From Blastocladiella emersonii ATCC 22665 (Eukaryota > Fungi > Blastocladiomycota): a stretch of 64,000 nt of DNA. Below the pieces are notes generated by a model. It was not told the origin of the DNA. It saw only the letters and a program-made list of their open reading frames with translations, and did not search any database. The position numbers and the translations under genes were made by a program. Below are positions 1-10,458 of the stretch, piece by piece (position 1 is the first letter of the stretch; the number at the start of each line of letters is the position of its first letter). The DNA is taken from NCBI GenBank assembly GCA_025594325.1, contig JANHCV010000010.1, forward strand, positions 62,001 through 126,000. Direction: 5' to 3'.

Positions 1-997
1 CCGACGAGGTAGGGGACGGGATGCGGTCGAGCGAGTGCTCGGCGGCGTAACGGCTGAAGCGGTGGTTTGCCGCTGCCGAGGAGCCAGCGTCCGAGGTCGA
101 GACCGTCGGCGTCGGCGGCGGCGAGCTGAGCAGCTGGCTGCCGGACTGGGACGGCGGCGCGCCGCTCGGGCGGAGGGGCTGCGGCGTCTTCGGGCGGCTG
201 CTGCCGCGGCTACGGCTACGGCGGCGGATGAAGACGGCAGCGGCCACGACGGCGACGGCAGCGAGCGCGGCGATCCCTAGGTACATGATGAGCGACGACG
301 ACGAGGACCCGGTGCGGTTTCCGGATGAGTTGGCGGTGGACGAGCCCGAGGTGGAGCCCGTGGCCGACGGCGCGACGCTCCCACCAGCGGACGGCGAGGT
401 ACCAGCCGAGCCGGCACCCGCTGAAGAGCCAGAGCCCGAGGCGCCCGAGCCTGTCGCAGCGATACCAGAACCAGCGCTGCCGTTCCCGTTGCCGTTCGTC
501 GAGCTGCCACCGTTGGAGCCCGTACTGCCGCCATTGTTGTTGTTGTTGTTGGTGCTACCTCCGTTGCCGCCAGTGGTGGTGCCGGTGCCCGTGCGAGCGG
601 GCGGCCGCACGCCGTCGGTCCAGGGGAACACGGCCCCGCCGAGGGCCGAGCACTTGCCGGCGGCGGTCCACCCGCGCCAGTCGCCCGACGGTTTGTTGCC
701 GCAGTAGACGGCCGTGGCTTCGGCCTTGGTGACGTTCTTGCCGCCCTCGGTGTAGGTGCCGTCCGGGTTGGCGATGGGCCCGCAGAAGCCAAAGTTGCTG
801 CAGCACTACTCGGTTCGCGGCTGTCAGCGGCCTGTCATGGTACGGTACGCCGCTGGCCCATGTACCTGGTCAAGGAGACAGGTGTTGGCAGCCGACTGCG
901 GCCCGCAGACGGGCCGGTTCTGGGCGTCGCGGAACAGCGTCGTGGCGGGCTCCGGCAGCCCGTACTGGTCGCACTGTTTGTCGGCGAAGGCGGACAT
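1..997 (-). CDS. Hevein-like (CBM18) ectodomain + Gly/Ser/Asn stalk + single TM protein, paralogue A (3' end runs off the window)
   Basis: ATG at 997 (MSAFADKQCDQYGLP...VCGPQSAANTCLLDQ); GT-AG intron 806-865 with CTGAC branch; exon 2 CCSNFGFCG...YCGNKPSGDWRGW...KC, then G/S/N stalk, TM LIMYLGIAALAAVAVVAAAVFI and RRRSRSR. Frame stays open to the window edge. Confidence 0.8.
533..551. repeat. (TTG)n microsatellite encoding a poly-Asn run on the minus strand
   Basis: attgttgttgttgttgttg inside the stalk of paralogue A. Confidence 0.8.
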
Positions 998-1181
998 ATT
1001 GCATGCAGTGGCTACGTGAGCAGATCTCGCAGGGATCACTTTTGCTCGAGCCGACAGGGAGAGAGGAAGCGGTCGAGAAGTCCCGCCACATTGCCGCCGT
1101 GGCTCAGGGACCCCCGCGCCCCGAATCCAGTGTCATCAAACACGGTCTATTTTTGCGGGTATACACGACCGTGGGCGTCTG

Positions 1182-2623
1182 TCAGGGTCTGCGCTGGTCC
1201 AGCGTGAGGGCAGGGAGGTACACCTCGCGGTCTTCGGTGGTCGCCGCGGCTGGACCCTCGCGGGCGGTGGCGGCGGCGGGACCGCGGCCGGGACCCGGCA
1301 TGCCCGGCGACGTCGGCAGCTCGAGCTCGTACTCGGACGTCTCGGGTGCCGGCAGCCCGGGCGCGTGGGCAGCGGGCAAAGGCGTCGAGGCGTGGTACTC
1401 GAAGACAACGTGGACCGGTGCGCGCATGGCGCGGCCGCCGCCCTGGACCGTGACGGGCCGCGGACGAGCAGCTGCAGCGGCCTGTCCGGCGGCAGAGGGA
1501 GGCTCGAACAGCACGGGATCGGCGACCGAGACGGGTATGGAGCTGACGGGGGTGCGGTCGGGAGCGTCCAAGGGCGGCGGGACACCAAAGGGAACCGCAG
1601 GCGGGACGCCGTCGGACCGGCTCGCGCTGCTGTTGGCCGAGGTGTGGCCGCTGAGGTGGTACGGGTCAAACGACGGCACCATGGGACCGGCAATCGACGA
1701 GGGGACGGGCGAGCGCGGCGTGTGCATGTCTGCGGAGGGCGGGTGGTGCACGTCGAGCGGCATGAGCGCGACGGCCGCCGACGCGAGGCCGGCCGAGGAG
1801 CGACGCGAGCGCGAGTTCCGCGGGTCAGCGAGCAGCGCGTCGGGCAGGGCGGATGGGTCCGAGGGCCGGCGCGGGTGGTTGAGCGCGTCGTGCGGCTCGT
1901 TCGAGTAGGGCGGGGCGACTGGCGAGTGCGTCGTGATGGCGTCCGGGTCCGCGGTTGCGAGCGTGGTCGAGGACGCGAGAAGCCGGCTGTCGGGCCGCGA
2001 CGTGGCATGGTCATCGCCCGTGCGCTTTCCGGTAGCGGCCTCCTCGCGACTTGCACCACCACCACCACCGTGGTTCGAGCGTCGACGGCGAGCGCGCATG
2101 GCCACGACCCCGGCGATCGCGCCAATCACGGCCACACCGACCGCGACAAGCCCAACGATGGCGCCGAGCGAGAGGCCGCCCTTCTTGCCGTTGCCGAGGC
2201 GGCCGATGAGCTCGGCGCGCGAGGGCGGGCGGTCGCCGTTGGGCCACGGGTAGACGGCTCCGCCGATCTCGCCGCACTTACCGGCGGGAGTCCAGTTGCG
2301 CCAGTCGCCGGCGGGCTTCGTCTCGCAGTAGGCGGCGATAGCATCGGCCTTGGACACGGCCTTGCCGTTCTCGTTGTAGTTACCGTCGGAACCGGCGAAC
2401 GGGCCGCAGAAGCCGCTGTACGAGCAGCACTACGCGCACGCGCGGGGAGTGTGAGCCGAGTCGGGCACGAGACGGGAATCACGCGTGTGCGAACCTGGTC
2501 GGCGAGACACACGGAGGTCGCGTTCTTGATGCCGCACACAGGCTGGCCGAGCGCGTTGCGGTACGGCTCGTCGGGCGCGGGCAGCCCGTACTGGTCGCAC
2601 TTGCGGTCGGCAAAGGCAGACAT
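1182..2623 (-). CDS. Hevein-like (CBM18) ectodomain + single TM protein, paralogue B (no SH3)
   Basis: ATG 2623 MSAFADRKCDQYGLP...VCGIKNATSVCLADQ; intron 2430-2494; CCSYSGFCG...YCETKPAGDWRNW...KC; TM LSLGAIVGLVAVGVAVIGAIAGVVAM followed by RARRRR; Pro/Ser-rich tail; TGA at 1182. Confidence 0.85.
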
Positions 2624-2978
2624 GGCGTTTTAGCGTGGTGATCGTCAGGTTGCGGCGAGTTAGCGTCGCGCTGGGCTCATGCCTTGATGCATGGAGGCTT
2701 CATGGAGCGACGCGGAGGAGAGCGCGAGCGGAAGATGAGCGCCGATCGCGTGTGACCGGCACGCGAACGCGCGCTCGACGTTCGAACGAGAAGGGAAGGT
2801 TCCACGCGTCACTCAGCCTAAAAACGGGGGCCTGGCTCCCTGTCTCCCGCGCTGCGCCACCACGCTGCAAACCGCCGCGCTCCGCCGCGCTTCACAGGTC
2901 GCCGCCCAAGAACAGATGAGGGGAACAATACAGAATAGTCTATGGTTGAATCAATCACATCGCGATTCCCGCCGCGCC

Positions 2979-5048
2979 TTAGCGCCGCTCGGGCCGCCGC
3001 AGACTCGCGTTGCGCTCCATGGCGCCGATGCCGCCGCCGGGCGTGAGCGGGACGACGAGGTTGGGCTGGTTCTCGGCGATCGCCGCCATGTCCTCCTGCA
3101 GCGCGACCATGATGAGGTCGCCGGGCCCCGCGGGCTCGAGGATGCACAGCGGGAACGCGCCGCGCGACCCCGTGTGGTTGTTGCTGCGCACGTTGGTCCC
3201 GACCGCCCACCCGTCCGCGAACACGGCGCCGACCTCGACCGCGTCGCCGGGCTCGGCCGACAGCTCGTCGGGCCGCTGCGCGTGGAACGCGTGCGCGCAC
3301 GTCCGCACCCCCGCGATGCGGTCCGGGTGCGCGTTCCACGCTGCAAAGAACCGCGGCAGCGCCGCCGCCTCCTGCGACACGGGCGCCGGGATCGCTGCCG
3401 GGAGTGGTGGGCCCGCTGCATCAAACGACATGGGCCGGTCGATCACGGGCAGCGTCAGCGCCGCGGGAAGCTGGCCGAGCTGCGGCATCGCGAGCGCCAG
3501 GGCCGGCTGCGCCTGTGGCTGCTGCTGCTGGTTCATGGCGGCCGCCGGGTACGTCATGGGCCGCGCCGATCCGGGCGTGAGCGGCGGGAGGAAGATCTCC
3601 TGGTCGTCGTCCAGCGTGCCGCCGACGCGCATCACCGTCGACTGCGGGATTGCGGGCGCGGGACCCGCAGCGCCCGACGTCGGCGGCTTGTACTCGAATA
3701 CGACGTGCACGGGCGCGCGCGACGCCTTGCCGACGCCCTGCACCGTCACGGGCCGCGGCTTGGTCACCGTGAACCCGGGGAGTGCGAGCGGCGACAGCGT
3801 CGGCGACGACTGGCCCGCCGCTGCGGCGGATGCAAGGGCGGGGTTCAGTGGCGCGGCGGGCGCAGCGGGGGCAGGCGAACCCGTGGCCGCCGCTCTGCTA
3901 CTACCGCCATAGCTCGTGCCGAGCGCCGTCTCGTTGGCGTGGATCGACGGGAGCGGCGGTAGACCCAGCGGGATCACGGCGTGGTTCTGCTGCTGGTTCT
4001 GCGGCTGCGGCTGCAGCGCCTGCATCACCTTGGCCGGCGGGCCACCCGACAGGACGTGCAGGGCCACGGGCGCGGGGGCGAGCGGCGACGCGTTGCGGAT
4101 CATGGGCGGCTGCTGCACGGGGAGATGCTGCGGCTGCGGCTGAGGGGACGCGCGGTGCGGCTGCAGCGACGCCAGGTCGACCTCGAGGCGCGGCGGTTGC
4201 TGATGTTGCTGGTGGATGAGGTGGTCGTTTTCGCGCGGGTGCTGGTACGGCGAGCTGGCCGCGGACTCGGGGTCGGCGCTCGCCGCGAGCGGCGGCACGC
4301 TGGCTGCGCTGAACCCGGCATCGGCGGGCTTGGGCGCAGAACTAGCAGACCGGGACTGCGAGAGCAGGCGGTTGTCGGTGCGCGACATGGGCCGATCGAG
4401 GCTGTCGTCGTTGCGGGACTTGCGCCGCCGCAGGAACAGGGCGATCGCGGCGACCGCAACGACGGCCGCGGCAGCGATCCCGCCGATCATGCCAATGGAC
4501 GGGCCCGAGCTCGCGACCGGGTTGGCCGACGAGTCTGGCGCAACCGCGCTCGGCGTCGCCGTGCTGGCGGCGGTGGCGGTCGCGGCCACGGTGGTCGTTG
4601 CCCGCGAGAGCGCCGGCGGCTTCACGCCGTTGGGCCACGGGTACACGGCGCCGCCGAGCTCACCGCACGTCCCGTAGGCAGTCCACCCGCGCCAGTCGCC
4701 CTGCGGCTTGGCGTCGCAGTAGACGGCTGTGGCCTCGGACTTGGACATGGTCTTGCCGTTCTCGACGTACGAGCCGTCCGGGTTGGCGATGGGCCCGCAG
4801 AAGCCGCCGGCCGAGCAGCACTAGACATGGTCGTCCGTGCGTAAGCGGCGCGGGAACGGGGCTCGTCGTGGAGAAGATCGTACCTGGTCGAGCTGGCATG
4901 TAGCCGTGACATTGTTGGACCCGCAATGAGGCTGGCCGAGCGAGTTGCGAGAGAGGACGAGAACGGGCTCAGGCAGGCCAAACTGGTTGCACTGCTTCTT
5001 GGCGAAGACGGCCTGCGTCGCCGAGCTGGTCGACGAGGAGGCGGACAT
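2979..5048 (-). CDS. Hevein-like (CBM18) ectodomain + single TM + C-terminal SH3 protein, paralogue C
   Basis: ATG 5048; intron 4821-4883; CCSAGGFCG...YCDAKPQGDWRGW...TC; TM IGMIGGIAAAAVVAVAAIALFL followed by RRRK; SH3 signature AHAFHAQRPDELSAEPGDAVEVGAVFADGWAVG...GAFPLCIL at about 3135-3305. Confidence 0.85.
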
Positions 5049-5537
5049 GGTCGGTCGGTTGGTCGGTCAGTTGGTCGGTGGCGCTGACGGACGCTCGCGA
5101 CGGTACGGGGATGCAAGGGGTATCCGGGAGCAGCAATTCTAAGGGGCGGCCGGAAACCGTGCAGCGCGATGCAATCGAAGCAAGTTGAGGTTCTCGAGAG
5201 AGGAGAACGAGAGGAGGAGAGTTGACGGTGTCGGCAGGGCCGGGGCAGGGGCAGTCAGCGGTCGGCGGTCGCCTCAGCCACTGGGTCGGCGCCGCACACC
5301 GCTGCAGTCCGTCTCCTCTCCCACTGCCCGTCTCACAGGTTCGCAAGTTCCCACGCTCCCACGGTGGCCACGACCACCGTTGCGCTCATGTCGAGGGTGA
5401 TGGTGATGGGATCATGATCGTCAGGCCCGGGCGGCATCGAGAAGGTTCGAAACGCAAAACGCGCGGCAGCGTTAGAGTCTATTTTGAGAAGGTGCGTGCT
5501 ATTTTGAGAAGGAGCGTGTCGAGGTGCGCGGACGCAC

Positions 5538-6047
5538 TCACGGCGGCCCAGTCGGCGATGGCGAAGGTGATGGAGGCCGCGGGGGCTCCCAGGCGTGGAG
5601 GACGCTCTCAGTCTCGACCGAGATGGCAATGGTGAGGAGCGACTCGGGCGGCGTAGGTGGTGGCGGGCAGTCGTCGCCTGTAGCGGCAGTGGGGAAGCAG
5701 ATAGCCGAGGGCGTAGTGGGAGCGGGCGTGTAGTGCGGGAGGAACTCGCCGCCGCGGTCGTCGGGATCGTCCTCGTAGCGGCGGCGCGATTCCGACCTGG
5801 ACGGCCCCACGTCGTGCAGAGCGCTCTCCCCGCGCGCTGCGTCCGCGTTGGTCGCCGCAACCGACCTGCGCAACAGACGCAGCGAGCACGAACACACGAT
5901 CGCGAGGATGAGGGCGAGCAGCAGGCAGCCCACGACGAACCAGGTGTAGGTGGCGTCGTCGGAGCCGAGGTGCGGCATGGCCATGGCCATGTTCATGTGT
6001 TGCGCTGTTGGTGATGGTAGCAGTCGTGGTGGGTCGTTTGTGTACAT
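5538..6047 (-). CDS. Small single-pass membrane protein with Pro-rich cytoplasmic tail (LPxY motif); start codon uncertain
   Basis: TM WFVVGCLLLALILAIVCSCSL followed by RLLRR; tail contains EFLPHYTP and PPPPTPP. Confidence 0.5.
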   Translation of the reverse strand: MYTNDPPRLLPSPTAQHMNMAMAMPHLGSDDATYTWFVVGCLLLALILAIVCSCSLRLLRRSVAATNADAARGESALHDVGPSRSESRRRYEDDPDDRGGEFLPHYTPAPTTPSAICFPTAATGDDCPPPPTPPESLLTIAISVETESVLHAWEPPRPPSPSPSPTGPP

Positions 6048-6121
6048 TGCTTCATCCGCGCTTCATCCGCGCCGAGCCGAGGGAGAAGAGGAAGCGTCCA
6101 CGACACTCGTGGGCCCAGGGT

Positions 6122-7174
6122 TACCGTCACGCACACACGACATGCTCACATCCGCGTCTGTACCCGCGTCGCTCACCATGCTGCTAGCGCGCCTACTTCG
6201 TGGATCAGGGCATCGTGCCCGACTGCCCGCCCGCGCTCCTCGAGCTCATCGCCCGCTAGGCGGACCTGCGCCGGTTCGCGCGCGCCTACAACTCGCAGCT
6301 CGCCATGGCCGCCGTGCTCACGCAGCCGGGCGCCCGCACCAACCCGCACGGCGTCCACAACTCGCGCCTCAGCTTCTCAATGCTGCGCGGCGCAACGTGG
6401 TACGTCGCTCTCCGACCTCGCCTTCTTCAAGAGCGCGCTGCCGCCGCTGAGCTCGCCGCCATAGCTGCTGCCGCCGGTGGCCCTGATGCTACTTAATTGT
6501 CGTCTGCCGCCGCGGGCGATGGCGCGGACGCCGCGCAGGGCGAGAGCTTCCTCGCCAACGGACTCGAGTCGCGCCGCGAAATCGCGGACGTGGCGCGCAG
6601 CGCCGGCACCGGTCTGCCGTCGTACTACTTCCACGACTCGAACGCGCTCACGGAGAACCACATCTTCGGTAACTGCACGGTGCGCCTGGTCAAGGCACTC
6701 GGCGACATCCTCCAGGAGTCGAACCCGCTGGTCCGCGGCTACGTCAAGATCCGCGACATCATCAAGGACACGCGATCCGCGGTCGAGACGCCCATCGTGC
6801 GCATCAACACGTCGCGCTCGGGTCCGATCCTCAACTCGGCCGCCCTCCTCGTGCCGTTTGCCCGCGCCAAGCAGAACCACCTGCCCTACGTGTTCGCGCT
6901 CAAGCTCGACGCTGGCCACCACAACGGCCGCTTTTACGACAAGCGCATGAACGTCCTGTCAGCCGAGTACGAGCCGCTCGCGTTCCCGCTGCTGTTCCCG
7001 TTCGGGCAGCCCGGCTGGTCGCCCGAGCTCAAGAAAAGTACGCCATCTCCCTCGCCCGCCGCATCACGGAGCGCTGTGCAGGCCGCCGCCACTGCCTCCG
7101 CGGCCGCCGCCACGTCCGTCGCCTCAACGCGTCCTCGCCGCGGCCGTTGTCGCGACGTTCCCCTTCCCTTATAG
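6122..7174 (+). mobile_element. Degenerate, 3'-truncated Helitron RepHel N-terminal fragment
   Basis: One frame reads PCC*RAYF..PPALLELIAR*ADLRRFARAYNSQLAMA...LRGATWY and later EYEPLAFPLLFPFGQPGW. These match Helitron motifs CCxxG..PP..L....F...IRxYNxxFAF and YDPLxYPLLFPxGExGW. In-frame stops at 6185, 6257 and 6494; no Rep catalytic or helicase motifs follow. Confidence 0.75.
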
Positions 7175-7997
7175 TGGCTGCCCCGAAGCCAGCGCACCTC
7201 GCGGCTGCAACGACCGTTGTGATCTCCCGTATGGCATCGGCGGCCTCGCCGCGGGCGACGTCTAATCAACGTCCGCATCCAGCCTTCCCTGTGCTTCTCG
7301 ATACCCACTTTACTGCTTTCTGCGACTCCCAAGTCTCGACCATTCTCTCATAGCGCACTCCGCGTGATACGTTGCTACTCTATGTCCACTATCAGCTTTC
7401 CCGCGTGTCTCGCACTCACGCGTTCAGCCACTCACATGACCGCGACTCCTGTGACACCCTGCACTTCCGTGGCCCCATCCAGCCTTCCCTCGTGTCCCGT
7501 TGCTATGGGATGCGATCCACAGGTCTCGAGGACCCTCGCGACGCCCAATCTCCCTTACAGCAAACTCCTGTCGGGGGCGTCGCGCGAAAAAAACTTGTCA
7601 CACATGGAGACCGTGACACCCAAAGTACGCGTTGTCGATGCCCGAGGTCGGAGGGAGGTGGTGGAGAGGGCGGAGAGAGGGTGCCGTAAAGGCAGCGCGG
7701 GCGCGAGGGTGACGTGAGAGTCGGGTTGGGTGGGTGGGGAGAGCCGAGGGGGCGACGGGTGCAAGCAGGCGACGGGCGCGAGCGTGCGGGGGTGGGTGGG
7801 AGGCGGGCAGGGTAGACCGAGGGCGCGAATGCGTGTCGATCTGTTGCGAAGACTCCGCTCGAGCAGAACCGGGGGCGGGGGCGCGGCTGGTACTTATAGT
7901 CCCGGCGGGGAGGGCGGCGGCGCCAGCGGTCAGGCCAGCGGTGAGCGGCGAGGAAGCCGACCGACTTCGCCCACACCCGTCGACTTCCTTTGACTTT

Positions 7998-8736
7998 AGC
8001 GGACCTGCGCACGTTCCGTTGAAGTCACCCAGCGTTGAAGGTTGAAGTTGAAGCGCCACAGCCGGCAGCCAGCGGAGCATCGGCGGGCCTCGGCGGACCT
8101 CACCCCCTAAAATCAATACATCGTCTACAGCTCACTCAACTTGCTGCACTGCGTCAGGGGAGGTCCCAGTGGGTCGCACGAAAAGTTTCGTGCTCAAACG
8201 CGGGTATCGCGAAATCCGTCAACTTCGACTACCCTCAACCTCGCAGATTGCCGCGCTAGAGCTCCCTCTTGATGTTTAAGAACCACTGCAGACCTCTTGA
8301 AGGAGTTCTAACTGGCTATTGTTGTCTCCTTACCTCATGCTGCTGTGAAAACTTGGTCTGAGATGTGACGACTCCTTGCCCTCCCTGCCGCTCTCATTCA
8401 TGATGGAAGGCTCGATGGCCTAGGTCGATCGCATCAAGCCGGTAAGGAACGTCTTTGGCGAGCATAAGGGCGATCGTGCCGGCGTGGGGAAGCCAGACGA
8501 ACAGGACGAAGTTGACGGATTTCGCGATACCCGCGTTTGAGCACGAAACTTTTCGTGCGACCCACTGGGACCTCCCCTGACGCAGTGCAGCAAGTTGAGT
8601 GAGCTGTAGACGATGTATTGATTTTAGGGGGTGAGGTCCGCCGAGGCCCGCCGATGCTCCGCTGGCTGCCGGCTGTGGCGCTTCAACTTCAACCTTCAAC
8701 GCTGGGTGACTTCAACGGAACGTGCGCAGGTCCGCT
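7998..8736. repeat. Perfect 230-bp inverted repeat (arms 7998-8227 and 8507-8736, 279-bp spacer); candidate foldback/MULE-like non-autonomous element
   Basis: Arms compared block by block with no mismatch. Flanks TTTGACTTT (7989-7997) and TTTGACGCC (8737-8745). Four GTTGAAG subterminal repeats per arm. Confidence 0.95.
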
Positions 8737-9022
8737 TTTGACGCCGGCACGGGCTCACACTTCATGCAATGCAAGGCCGGCCCTCCATATTGCGATATGG
8801 GGCTATCCACCCCCCCTCGCTGACTGTGGCAAGGACCCCGCCGCCCAACGTCATGCCGGCTTCTCCTGCCGCTCGCCCAGATGAGTCGCCCTCCGCCGCC
8901 GCCACTCCTCTGGCTGGGACTTTGCGCTCACGCCCGCTCTCGCGCTCTCTCCCGTCGACGACCCAGTCTACAGTACCTTCGCCGTCCGCGTACCGAACCC
9001 GCACACGCGCGAAAAGTCCAAC

Positions 9023-9051
9023 ATGGCCGACCACGACCGCGACCACGACCG

Positions 9052-9083
<32 letters not shown>

Positions 9084-10425
9084 CTGGCGAGGACGAGCAT
9101 GCCGACACGCTGCTCTACCCCGCTGTCATCTCCCGCCGCGCCGATCTGACCCCCATCGGCATCGACCTCTTCACCGACCCTGCGCGCCTGGCCGAGTTCA
9201 CCGCACTCCGGCTCGGCGACGCCATCGAGCGCGGTCTCGCCGTGCGCGTCCAGGACCAGGTCGACGAGACCATGCTCGTGTACAAGGCCCACATCCTCGG
9301 ATTCGTCAAGCCCACGGCTCTCGCCAAGGCTGCACTCGCCCGCGACGCCGCCGACTTTGGGCAGATGACCGTCGGTGCCGCCTTCGACCGCAACTACTTC
9401 TTCCGCGCCACCGCCGCCGCCCAGGACCCGCTCGATTCGCCTCGCCGCCGCGCCGTCGTCGCGGCTGACGGCCCCGACGACATTGACCAGCGCGTTCCCA
9501 ACATCCGTCCCGACGGCGACCTCGGGTACCGCGAGGCCCAGTTCTCGGAGGAGACGGCCGAGGGCGGTGAGGCCGACGGCGCATACGGTGACGAAGACGA
9601 AGACGAGGACAAGATCTTCGAGGACGGCGGGACGGCGCCGAGGCCGGCACCATCACCGGCAGCGAGGCCGAGGCCGGCACCGCCACCGGCGCCGAGGAGG
9701 AGGCCTACAAGGCCGCCCCCGCCAAGTACGCCATGCCCGTCGGGCGCAAGGGCCTGCCCGACGCCACCGACGACGCGCCGTTGCCCAAGGAGCGCGCCAT
9801 GAAGGCCAAGGCCGTCGAGCGCACCGCCAGCTCGCTCGACGAGGCGTCGACGGGCAGTTCCACCCCGCAGGAGAAGCGCCAGCGGCTCGACTGGATCGAG
9901 CGCGCCGTCCCGTACGTCGCCGAAGCCGTGCGGCGTGCCGAGGCCCGGTCGGGCTCACCCGCGATCCCCAACGCGGCCGTGACGGACCTTGCACGGCAGA
10001 CGCTGCTGCGTGCAGAGCAAGACCTCCAGGTGACCATGAAGACCACCGAGACCCTGGCCCGCAAGCCGCTGTCGGCCTACGGGCCCAACTCGGGCGTCGC
10101 GTTCCGCCAAACGCTCCGTGGGATCAACGAGGCCTGCCGTGCCACAGCCCCCGTCAACAACGCCGCGTACAGTATCACCCGGCACGTCATCTACACGGTG
10201 CCCGACTGGCGTCACTATCGCGGGGCCGTGCTCGCCCCGCTTTCCATCGACGCGATCAAGACGGACGTCGCCAACTCGCGCCCGGAGAAGAACGGCAAGG
10301 GCGGCAAGGGCGGCAAGAAGGCCGCGACCAAGAAGGGCGGCGAGCCCGCGCAGGAACGCGGCTCGCCGCGTGCCGTGCCGCGCGGTGGGGTCGGGCGCAC
10401 CGAGCGGCTCGGTTCCACCGCGTAG
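9023..10425 (+). pseudogene. Orphan gene of about 467 aa split by a single 1-nt frameshift at about 9630 (pseudogene or assembly error)
   Basis: ORF 9023 has gene-like C/G-ending codons up to ...FEDGG (9630). The bias then moves to the frame of ORF 9733 (DGAEAGTITG...AMPVGRK), which is open from 9631 to TAG 10425. Confidence 0.7.
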
Positions 10426-10428
10426 CAC

Positions 10429-10458
10429 GGGCGCGGGGCGGGGGGTAGGGGGGGGGGG
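10429..10458 (+). other. G-quadruplex-forming G-tract cluster just 3' of the orphan gene
   Basis: gggcgcggggcggggggtaggggggggggg: four runs of 3 or more G. Confidence 0.55.

Noticed and set aside
8035-8699. Mirror-image ORFs MKVEVEAPQ... on both strands
   Set aside because: By-product of the inverted repeat; non-ATG start, no codon bias, no transposase motif
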